A DNA stretch of 64,000 nucleotides from an uncultured Alphaproteobacteria bacterium. Lineage in GTDB: Bacteria > Pseudomonadota > Alphaproteobacteria > RF32 > CAG-239. Below, in pieces: positions 18,819 to 26,646 of this stretch (position 1 is its first letter; each line of letters starts with the position of its first letter). The position numbers and the translations under genes were made by a program. The stretch lies in NCBI GenBank assembly GCA_934229625.1, contig CAKQDU010000003.1, positions 64,426-128,425 of the forward strand, given 5' to 3'. Below the pieces are notes generated by a model. It was not told the DNA's origin, ran no database searches, and saw nothing but the letters and a program-made list of their open reading frames with translations.

Positions 18819-19094
18819 AAAATTATGTTGTTTACGTACCAATTCTGTAACAGCCTCACGCCATAAGTCAACCGCAAAATCAAAGCGTTATTATGATCGA
18901 AAGTGTGTAAAAAAAACGACCGTTTAAAATGGACAGTTTTTCGGCTGTTTTTTGCAGTATATCATAATTTATGAAAAATGCAATAACATTATAATTTTAC
19001 GCTATTTTTTATTGATTTTCAGATGTTTTTCCGCCTCCGATTCCGTTGTGTAAAAATAACGGTCGTTTTTTTTACACAATTGAGGAGGAATAAG
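18819..19094 (+). repeat. Conserved ~260-bp upstream cassette, copy 1 (copy 2 at 36148..36426)
   Basis: Module Y (aaattatgttgtttac...taacagcctcacgccataagtcaaccgcaaaatcaaag) plus module Z, ending in the Shine-Dalgarno site and ATG of the downstream gene. About 85% identical to copy 2 apart from a diverged central part. Confidence 0.8.
18904..19078. promoter_or_regulatory. Perfect 21-bp inverted repeats (TGTGTAAAAAAAACGACCGTT / AACGGTCGTTTTTTTTACACA) flanking a 133-bp segment
   Basis: Left arm at 18904-18924, right arm at 19058-19078. The identical arms recur at 36235-36255 / 36390-36410 around a 134-bp partially diverged spacer. Confidence 0.7.
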
Positions 19095-20480
19095 ATGTTT
19101 AACTATTTGAAAAAATATAACATATTCTGTAGTTTAAAGCTTTTTGTAGTTTTGTATGCAGTCAGTATGTTTTCTATTTCTGCGGAAGCCAAAATTTGTT
19201 TTTTACCGGACAGCAGCTGCGGCACCGGTAAAATAAGTTCCGTAAAGCCAAACCCGTCGCAATGTATTTATAGCAGCATGGCTCAAGCCCAAAATGGCAT
19301 ATCAAGCTGCGAAAAAGCGTATAAGCAAAATTTCTGCTTTTACAGACGCTGCAAAACCGAAGACAATAATATATTTGCAGACGAAGCAAGCTGCAAAAAG
19401 AAAGCCAAAGCTGATAATTTAATCTGCGTAAGCTGCGGCGGCTGCTATAAAGTTACGCCGAAAACATGCCCGAGTGGGTACACGGCAGGCTTAACCACCT
19501 GTGCGGAAAAAGCCGGCTATACTGCAAGTTATTCAAGCAACGGCTATGCCGGATATAGTGTCTGCGGCAAGTGCAAATATACCATAAAACCGTGTGAAAG
19601 CGGCTATACGGTAGGTTTGGCCAGCTGTCCGGAAAAACAAGGTTATACTTCGAACTATTCCCGAAACGGAGTTTCCGGCGAGCAGGTTTGCGGCAAGTGC
19701 GACTACACGGCAAAAGGCTGCGCCAGCGGTTATACGGCTGGTTTGACAAGCTGCAGCGAACGGCGCGGCTATAATGCAAGTTATGCCAGCAATGGGTATG
19801 CCGGGGAGTTGGCTTGCGGCAAGTGCGACTACACGGCAAAAGGCTGCGCCGGCGGTTATACAGCAGGTCTGACAAGCTGCAGCGAACGGCGCGGATATAA
19901 TGCAAGCTATGCCAGCAACGGGTATTCCGGCGAGAAAATTTGCGGAAAATGCGACTACACGGCAAGAACTTGTCCAGATGGATATTCTACAAAATATAGC
20001 AGCGTCAGCGCCTGCGGAGAAACAGGAAGCAACGGCTGGAATTATGCTAGCAACGGCTATTCTGGGGAAGCTGTGTGCGGAAAATGTACAAAGAAACCAT
20101 GTCCTAGTGGGTATTATTATTGGTTATATAGTGAAAATATTAAAGATATGTTTAAAAGACCTTGCAATACAAGTACAAGATGTCCGGCAGATAGCGGATA
20201 TTATGAATATTATGAATCTCCAGGGTTTGGTGTCTATTATAATATGTGTAAAAATTATGGCTTTTGGGGGAGAGTTGCCGGTCGTAGCGGAGATGGTATT
20301 TGTTTTAAGACGGGCGATCGTCCTTGTCCTAGTGGTACAATAGGAGGTGGTGCTTCTAAGGCAAGTGAATATTGTGAAAAGACTTATGGTAAAAAATACA
20401 GATATAGATATAGAGAGGTAAAAAATCCAGATGGTAGTGATATGTGTACAGGTTATGAGCATTGTTGGAAATGTTATTGA
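19095..20480 (+). CDS. Secreted cysteine-rich tandem-repeat protein (461 aa from the ATG at 19095)
   Basis: Strong Shine-Dalgarno site gaggagga before ATG 19095 (the ORF-track start at 19023 is a non-ATG start upstream). Signal peptide MFNYLKKYNIFCSLKLFVVLYAVSMFSISAEA. At least 6 copies of a ~40-aa unit: CGKCDYTAKGCASGYTAGLTSCSERRGYNASYASNGYAGE. Confidence 0.75.
   Translation: MFNYLKKYNIFCSLKLFVVLYAVSMFSISAEAKICFLPDSSCGTGKISSVKPNPSQCIYSSMAQAQNGISSCEKAYKQNFCFYRRCKTEDNNIFADEASCKKKAKADNLICVSCGGCYKVTPKTCPSGYTAGLTTCAEKAGYTASYSSNGYAGYSVCGKCKYTIKPCESGYTVGLASCPEKQGYTSNYSRNGVSGEQVCGKCDYTAKGCASGYTAGLTSCSERRGYNASYASNGYAGELACGKCDYTAKGCAGGYTAGLTSCSERRGYNASYASNGYSGEKICGKCDYTARTCPDGYSTKYSSVSACGETGSNGWNYASNGYSGEAVCGKCTKKPCPSGYYYWLYSENIKDMFKRPCNTSTRCPADSGYYEYYESPGFGVYYNMCKNYGFWGRVAGRSGDGICFKTGDRPCPSGTIGGGASKASEYCEKTYGKKYRYRYREVKNPDGSDMCTGYEHCWKCY
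19690..19930. repeat. Two near-identical tandem 120-bp DNA repeats inside the Cys-rich gene
   Basis: The run gcggcaagtgcgactacacggcaaaaggctgcgcc...gcaagttatgccagcaatgggtatgccgg is repeated with about 6 substitutions. Confidence 0.8.
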
Positions 20481-20544
20481 TAACAAATCTTTATAAGGAG
20501 GTGATGAAAGACTTAAAATAAATAACAAATCCTAATTATATCTG

Positions 20545-20580
20545 CACTCTGCCGCACCCCAATGCGGCAGAGTGTTTTCT
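20545..20580 (+). terminator. Rho-independent terminator after the Cys-rich gene
   Basis: cactctgccgca-ccccaa-tgcggcagagtg followed by ttttct. Confidence 0.75.
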
Positions 20581-20642
20581 GAAGACAAAAAAAGATTACT
20601 GTTGTTTTTTGAACAGTAATCTTAAAAATTTGTGATTAAGCG

Positions 20643-20840
20643 TTATTTCAGCTCTGGGTAATTATTATACTGAATCGCTTTTGCCGAAATGGCTATAACT
20701 CCAAAAATTCCGGCAACGGTCAAACTCCAAGCCGAAACATTAAGTTTGTCCATAAAACCGGCAATCCAAAATACAATAATACCGATAGCTGCAATGCTAA
20801 CGCTAATCCACCATATTTTCTCAGATTTTCTCATAAACAT
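20643..20840 (-). CDS. Small membrane protein (2 TM helices), 65 aa
   Basis: KIWWISVSIAAIGIIVFWIAGF...LTVAGIFGVIAISAKAI. No known family recognised. Confidence 0.45.
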   Translation of the reverse strand: MFMRKSEKIWWISVSIAAIGIIVFWIAGFMDKLNVSAWSLTVAGIFGVIAISAKAIQYNNYPELK

Positions 20841-21108
20841 TTGCGGGTTTCTTTAAAGAGAGGATGTCCTGTAACATATCCCGCGCTCTCTGTGCTGTTA
20901 AAAATTAAATAATTAAAACAAATGGAAATTGCGAGTACAAAACATCTTCAACTATAAAACCGTAAATAAAGATAAATCATACACACTAATAACCATAATA
21001 CTTGAAAAACGTAAGCATTATGTCACAAAAATGTGTAAAATACAAGATTAAAATTGGCCTAAATTGAAAAAAAAGCCTCATTGACAAACAATGAAGCTTT
21101 TCTTTTGT

Positions 21109-21185
21109 TGGCGGGAGCGACGAGGCTCGAACTCGCGACCTCATGCGTGACAGGCATGCATTCTAACCAACTGAACTACGCCCCC
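21109..21185 (-). tRNA. tRNA-Asp (anticodon GUC)
   Basis: Reverse complement: GGGGGCGTAGTTCAGTTGGTTAGAATGCATGCCTGTCACGCATGAGGTCGCGAGTTCGAGCCTCGTCGCTCCCGCCA. Anticodon loop ctGTCac, canonical D- and T-loops, encoded CCA. Confidence 0.9.
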
Positions 21186-21361
21186 AACGACAAGAACCCT
21201 TATATATGATAAAAATTTATAATGCAAGAACTTTTTTTATTTTTTTGAAAAAAATTTTTATCTTGTGGAAAAATATGGCTTTTGATTGTATAACTCTATT
21301 ATCTGCTTGCAATAAAATTTAAAATATATCATCATTCGTTCATTGTTGAATTGGAATTGTG

Positions 21362-23200
21362 ATGCCTGGGTTTACGAATTTAAGAAAAAAAGTGCGCCGT
21401 CGCCGTATAGAGACTATTCTGCTTGCCGGATATGCCGTGGCTGTGACGTGTGCGTTGTTTGTATCTATGTTGAATAAAAATGACGCAACCACGGTTGAAA
21501 AAAAGTATGCCGAGGATAACTATGATTTTAATAATGATGTTATGACACCGGCTTATAATGATGTGAAAGATAATCCGTTTGAATTGCTTTACGCTCAGGT
21601 AAACAGCATAAAGCTTTTGAATGAGGATAATGTACTGACGGCAAAATATCGTATAAATCAAAATGGACAATCTGCCGTTGTGATGCCGATTCAGCCAAAG
21701 CCGAAAATGTTTGAGCAGGCCGGAAGTTTTGACGGTATTTATCAAAAAGAGCGCCGAGTTATTATTGTTTCGCCAGGAGACAACTTTATTGGTATTCTTA
21801 CCAACTTGGGAATGGAAAATAAAAGTGCCACAAATGCCTATAACACTTTGAAAAAAGTATATGATGCCCGCAATCTTAAAGCAGGTCAGCACATTGAGCT
21901 GACAGCGACTTTTGATGTCCAGTCCAAATCGCTGGAAGCTTTGGATACGTTGGTTATAGAACCTGTGCGCGGAACACGCTATATTTTGCAGATTAACGAA
22001 TATGACCAGTTTGAGGCAAGAGTTGAGCAAGAAGAATTTGCCTATGAAATTAAAAATATAAAGGGGGCAATTGCCGGAAATGTTAGCGCTTCGCTGAAGC
22101 AGGCCGGTGTTCCTTATAAACTTTGCGGCAAAATAACTCAGATGTTTACTCATTTGATAGATTTTAAGCGAGATGTTAAAAAAGGTGATACGTTTGATGT
22201 CAAATATGAAGTTAACAAGACTTCTGACGGCGAAGTAGTGAGTGTCGGAGACGTTATTTTTGCTTCATTCACAGTCAGCGGACATACATATAAACTATAT
22301 CGCTATAAACCACGCGGCGGCTCAGCTGATTATTATGATGAAAAAGGCGGAGCTAAAAAGACCGGTTTGGATAAAAAGCCTTTAGCTATGCGCAATGCCC
22401 GTATTTCTTCATTGTTTGGTTATCGCCGTCACCCAATTTATAAAACGACAAAATTCCATAGCGGTGTCGATTACGCAGCTCCGCGCGGAACAGCTATATA
22501 TGCCAGCGGCGCCGGAACTATAGAAATGGCTCGCTATGTCAATGGATATGGTAATTTTATTAAGATTCGCCATAATTCTGAATATGAAACAGCTTACGGA
22601 CACATGCATAAATTTGCTTCCGGAATGAAACCGGGAACACGGGTTAAAAAAGGTCAAATTATTGGCTATGTCGGTAGTACAGGGCGTTCTACCGGACCTC
22701 ATCTGCACTTTGAAATTTTGCGTAAAGGACAAAGAATCGACCCTCTGAAAGCAAAAGTTGCAACAGGTAACGATTTGAGCGGCAATCAATTGGCAGAATT
22801 TAAGAGAATCGTTAAAAAAGTGGATGCTATCAAAGTTGATGAACTTGTTTCTGTCGAAAAGAAAAAAGAAGATGCTGAAGTAAAAAAAAAGGCTGCCGCC
22901 GAAAATGCTTTATTAAAACAAAAAGAAGTTTCCGCAGCGCCGGTTGAAAAAATTGCTGACAAAGAAAAAACGGAAACTGAAGCTGCGAAAGCGGTGATAA
23001 CAATTCCGCAGAAAAAAGATTTACTTGCTTCGGCAATAAAAAACGAAAAAAATGAAGAACAGCCAGAAAATACGAATGGACTAAATAAAAAAACGGTATA
23101 TCCGTCCAAAACTCCGGCTCGAAAAAAGAAAAATATGGAAGCAATGAATGCTGATTCCTTAAAAATAGTCCGTTCTATTTCTCATAAGCCGAAAAGATAA
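21362..23200 (+). CDS. M23-family metallopeptidase (NlpD/OapA-like), N-terminal membrane anchor and K/E-rich C-terminal tail
   Basis: HSGVDYAAPRGT (HxxxD) and GPHLHFEIL (HxH) motifs. TM helix ILLAGYAVAVTCALFV. The ATG at 21362 immediately follows the ORF-track GTG. Confidence 0.8.
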   Translation: MPGFTNLRKKVRRRRIETILLAGYAVAVTCALFVSMLNKNDATTVEKKYAEDNYDFNNDVMTPAYNDVKDNPFELLYAQVNSIKLLNEDNVLTAKYRINQNGQSAVVMPIQPKPKMFEQAGSFDGIYQKERRVIIVSPGDNFIGILTNLGMENKSATNAYNTLKKVYDARNLKAGQHIELTATFDVQSKSLEALDTLVIEPVRGTRYILQINEYDQFEARVEQEEFAYEIKNIKGAIAGNVSASLKQAGVPYKLCGKITQMFTHLIDFKRDVKKGDTFDVKYEVNKTSDGEVVSVGDVIFASFTVSGHTYKLYRYKPRGGSADYYDEKGGAKKTGLDKKPLAMRNARISSLFGYRRHPIYKTTKFHSGVDYAAPRGTAIYASGAGTIEMARYVNGYGNFIKIRHNSEYETAYGHMHKFASGMKPGTRVKKGQIIGYVGSTGRSTGPHLHFEILRKGQRIDPLKAKVATGNDLSGNQLAEFKRIVKKVDAIKVDELVSVEKKKEDAEVKKKAAAENALLKQKEVSAAPVEKIADKEKTETEAAKAVITIPQKKDLLASAIKNEKNEEQPENTNGLNKKTVYPSKTPARKKKNMEAMNADSLKIVRSISHKPKR

Positions 23201-23263
23201 GATTGCTCTGTGGTAAAATTTTAAGTGAGACTTGATATTTTTGATAATAAATCCTAGATTTAT

Positions 23264-23740
23264 ATGGTAAATAGGAGAGGTTTTAGTATGGATAATTTGC
23301 CCGAATTAAGAGATATTCATCTTCCGCTGAATGATGTTTCGCTATGGCCTTTGGCCGCTGGCTGGTGGTATTTGCTGTCCGCGGTTATTTTATTTGCAAT
23401 TATAATTAAATTATATCTGTGGCTCAGAAGAAAAAGTAAAAAAATCTACGCATGTTATTTGCTTAATAAAAAATCTGCTGATAATACAGCGGCTTCTGCG
23501 GTTCAAATGTCTGAACTTTTGCGGAGAATATGTGTCAGCAGATATCCCGATGCCGTATCTTATTCAGGTCAACAATGGATTGATTTCTTGAATGAGCATT
23601 CAAAAGAAAAATTAGATGTTCAGACTTCGGAATTGCTTGTGTCTGCTCCGTATGCGCCTGAAGACAGCAGACTGTTTTCAGTTGAAAATATTAAAAATCT
23701 GAGAAATTTTTGCCGCAATTGGATAGGAGCCAATCTATGA
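23264..23740 (+). CDS. DUF4381-like membrane protein preceding the Bat operon
   Basis: LRDIHLP...WPLAAGWWYLLSAVILFAIII pattern. The alternative start is MDNLPEL at 23288. Confidence 0.55.
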   Translation: MVNRRGFSMDNLPELRDIHLPLNDVSLWPLAAGWWYLLSAVILFAIIIKLYLWLRRKSKKIYACYLLNKKSADNTAASAVQMSELLRRICVSRYPDAVSYSGQQWIDFLNEHSKEKLDVQTSELLVSAPYAPEDSRLFSVENIKNLRNFCRNWIGANL

Positions 23741-24741
23741 CTAATCATTTTGCTTGTCCTGAAGCAGCGTGGTTGCTGTTATTGCCTTTTATAATATATT
23801 TTTTGTTGCCGACAGTTAAAAAGTCTTGCGGCGAAGCATTGAAAGTTCCGTTTTTGGCGGATATACGGCAAATTAAGACAATGAGCGGACGAGGATTTGC
23901 CTTAAAAACTCAAATTGTATCGTTTTTACGTTTGGCAATTTTGGCTTTGTTATGGTGTTTTTTGGTGTTGGCTTTATGCCGTCCGCAATGGGTCGGAAAA
24001 CCGATTCCTATTAAGAACGAGGGACGAGACATTTTATTGGTTGTGGATATTTCTAACTCTATGAGTGAAGAAGATTTTGAATATAAAAAAAGAATGTACA
24101 GCCGTTTGACAGCCGTTAAAAATGTGGTAGATGACTTTATAGATAAGCGGGCCGCAGATAAAATGGGACTTGTTTTGTTTGGCACAAGAGCATATTTGCA
24201 GACGCCTCTTACCTATGATAAGCAATCTCTCAAAGAAATGCTATGGTCAGCCGATGCCGGAATGGCCGGAAACTCTACATCTATTGGCGATGCAGTCGGA
24301 GTCGCACTCAAAACTTTATCGGAATCTGCCGGAAAACCTGAAAATAAAGTCATCATTTTGTTAACAGATGGTGAAAATAATGACGGCAGTTTATCTTTAC
24401 CGGAAGCAATTTATTTGGCAAAAGAGGAAAAGGTAAAGATTTATACAATCGGTGCCGGCAGCGATAAAGAGGTCTTTTTCGGCGGTTTGTTCAGTATTCC
24501 GGTCGATAAAGGGCTAGATGAAAAAAGTTTAAAGGCCTTAGCCAAAGAAACAAAAGGCAACTATTTTAGGGCAAAGGATGTGGCGTCATTACAAGAAGTT
24601 TATGATAAAATAGACAAGCTGGAGCCAAGAATTTCGGAAGGGCGGTATGTTCAGGAAGTTAAGGAGCTGTATCCTTATCCGGCAGCGGCTGTATTAGTCT
24701 TGTTTTTGTTATTGCTGATAATGTCAGGAAAGGTAAAATAA
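23737..24741 (+). CDS. batA: BatA-like von Willebrand factor type A (vWA) protein
   Basis: ATGA overlap with the upstream gene. N-terminal TM segments. vWA MIDAS motif LLVVDISNSM. Bat-operon context. Confidence 0.75.
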   Translation: MTNHFACPEAAWLLLLPFIIYFLLPTVKKSCGEALKVPFLADIRQIKTMSGRGFALKTQIVSFLRLAILALLWCFLVLALCRPQWVGKPIPIKNEGRDILLVVDISNSMSEEDFEYKKRMYSRLTAVKNVVDDFIDKRAADKMGLVLFGTRAYLQTPLTYDKQSLKEMLWSADAGMAGNSTSIGDAVGVALKTLSESAGKPENKVIILLTDGENNDGSLSLPEAIYLAKEEKVKIYTIGAGSDKEVFFGGLFSIPVDKGLDEKSLKALAKETKGNYFRAKDVASLQEVYDKIDKLEPRISEGRYVQEVKELYPYPAAAVLVLFLLLLIMSGKVK

Positions 24742-24743
24742 AA

Positions 24744-26639
24744 ATGAGTTGGTGGCATGATTTTCATTTTTTACGTCCGTGGTGGTTGCTGGGACTGATT
24801 ATTCCGTGTTTGATTTATGTTTTTTCATATAGACGAGCAGCAGCTCGTTCAGCATGGTATAAGGTATGCGATGAAAACCTGCTTAATTTTTTATTGGTAA
24901 AAAATGATGGCGAGAAAAATTCGGCTTCTTCTGTGGCCGAGGCTTTGGCTGCTTTATTTTTGGTTTTTGCGCTGGCCGGACCGAGTTGGATAAAAAAAGA
25001 AAATCCGGCTTTGAGTGTTGAAAATCCGGTAATGATATTGTTGAATATGTCCGGAGATATGTGGAATAAAGATGTGTCGCCAAGTCGGATAGAACGTGCC
25101 AAATATGTAATAAAAGATTTGACGAAAGAGCTTAAAAACACAGAAAGCGGTCTTATTGTTTATAGCAAAGAGCCGTTTATGATTACTCCGCTGTCAGAAG
25201 ATTTTTCCATTATAGATAATATGATGCCGGCGCTGTTGCCGAATATTATGCCTCAAGACGGAGACAGGCTTGACAGAGCTATAGATTTGGCGGTGGAGCG
25301 GATGACAGGAGCCGGTTTGCAAAACGGCAGCATTATTGTGATTTCTTCGGATGTCGGAGAACGGTTTGATGCGGCTTTATCAAGTGCTGCCGCTGCGTAT
25401 GACAAAGGTTTTGGCGTAAATGTAATCAATGTAAGCTCTAAAATCGGCGATAAACTGAAAATGGTTGCCGACAAGGGTAATGGACTATACTTGAATTATA
25501 ATCAAAACATGGAAAATTTGGTGGATAAGATAAACGATATTACCGCTAAGGAAATTAAGCAAAGCCAAAATATGCAGACGGTATGGGAGGATGGCGGATG
25601 GTATTTGCTGTGGATACCTGCGTTGTTTATTTTATTCTTTTTTCGGCGCGGATTTTTAGCTGCTTTGTTTATTTGTTTTGCGTTGACCTCGACAGCTCAG
25701 GCTGATTGGTTTTTGAATGACAATCAAAGTGCATTGCGTAAATTTAAGCGGCAGGAATATGCCGAAGCGGCAAAACAATTTAAAGATTTTCAATGGAAAG
25801 CTGCCGCAGAATATAAAAATGGCGATTATTTATCTGCTTATGAAAATTTTTCTAAAAAAGACGATGCTGTTTCTTTATATAATCAGGGAAATGCTTTGGC
25901 AAAAGGCGGAAAAATTGCCGAAGCTATAAAAAAATATGAGGAAGCTTTGCAAAAACAGCCTGATTTTGAAGATGCCGAGTTTAATTTGGAATATCTGAAA
26001 AAACAGCAGCAACAACAAAATCAACAGCAACAGAATAAAAATAATAAAAAACAAAATGAGTCGCAAAAACAGCAAAACAAATCTCAATCACAGTCGGAAA
26101 ACAGTCAAAATAAACCGGAGAATGACAAGCAGTCTGAGAGCAATGCTGAAAATGAGCGGCAGAATAATAAACAAAGTGCTGAAAATTCGCAGTCTCAGAA
26201 AGGTTCTGAACAATCTCAAGACGCGGATAAACAAGCGTCTCAACAACAAAATGAGCAACGTGGAAAAAATGATGAAGCGCAAAATCAGCAAAATGAAATG
26301 TCGGCTGAAAACGCGGCGCAACAGCAATCGTCCGAAAACAGACAAAATCAAACAGACAGCAAAAATATCGCTTCTGAGCCGGAAAATAATAAGGCAAATG
26401 ATGCCCCAATGCCTGACGAGCAAAACATAGATGAAACCCGGTTTAAATCGGCAGAAAACGGCGAAGAAGAACAACAGGGAATGTCTGTTGGAACAGATGA
26501 TGAAAAATCTGCTGAGGAACAAGAAAAAATTAGGGCAAGAATGCAAAAATTCCGTCAAATTCCAGAAGATAAAGGCGGTTTATTGCGAGCGATGATTTAT
26601 AAAGAATACGCAAAAAAAAGATATAATGATTCAAAGTGA
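24744..26639 (+). CDS. batB: BatB-like vWA protein fused to a BatC-like TPR domain, with a long Q/N/S-rich low-complexity tail
   Basis: N-terminal TM segments. vWA region (ILLNMSGDMW). Second TM. TPR-like block YAEAAKQFKDF...LYNQGNALAKGGKIAEAIKKYEEALQKQPDFEDAEFNLEY. Then ~180 aa of QQQNQQQQNKNNKKQNESQKQQNKSQSQSEN... Confidence 0.7.
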   Translation: MSWWHDFHFLRPWWLLGLIIPCLIYVFSYRRAAARSAWYKVCDENLLNFLLVKNDGEKNSASSVAEALAALFLVFALAGPSWIKKENPALSVENPVMILLNMSGDMWNKDVSPSRIERAKYVIKDLTKELKNTESGLIVYSKEPFMITPLSEDFSIIDNMMPALLPNIMPQDGDRLDRAIDLAVERMTGAGLQNGSIIVISSDVGERFDAALSSAAAAYDKGFGVNVINVSSKIGDKLKMVADKGNGLYLNYNQNMENLVDKINDITAKEIKQSQNMQTVWEDGGWYLLWIPALFILFFFRRGFLAALFICFALTSTAQADWFLNDNQSALRKFKRQEYAEAAKQFKDFQWKAAAEYKNGDYLSAYENFSKKDDAVSLYNQGNALAKGGKIAEAIKKYEEALQKQPDFEDAEFNLEYLKKQQQQQNQQQQNKNNKKQNESQKQQNKSQSQSENSQNKPENDKQSESNAENERQNNKQSAENSQSQKGSEQSQDADKQASQQQNEQRGKNDEAQNQQNEMSAENAAQQQSSENRQNQTDSKNIASEPENNKANDAPMPDEQNIDETRFKSAENGEEEQQGMSVGTDDEKSAEEQEKIRARMQKFRQIPEDKGGLLRAMIYKEYAKKRYNDSK

Positions 26640-26646
26640 GGAAATT

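Noticed and set aside
19174-20528. Antisense or out-of-frame ORFs overlapping the Cys-rich repeat gene (19174..19389 -, 19453..19965 -, 19900..20343 +, 20124..20528 -)
   Set aside because: These are artefacts of the repetitive GC-rich codons of the sense gene. The sense frame has a signal peptide, a Shine-Dalgarno site and a terminator.
25875-26558. Several ORFs of 70-156 aa within the Q/N-rich tail of batB (for example 26088..26558 -, 26056..26430 +)
   Set aside because: Low-complexity DNA gives open frames on every strand. They are nested in the batB frame, which is continuous with upstream vWA/TPR domains.
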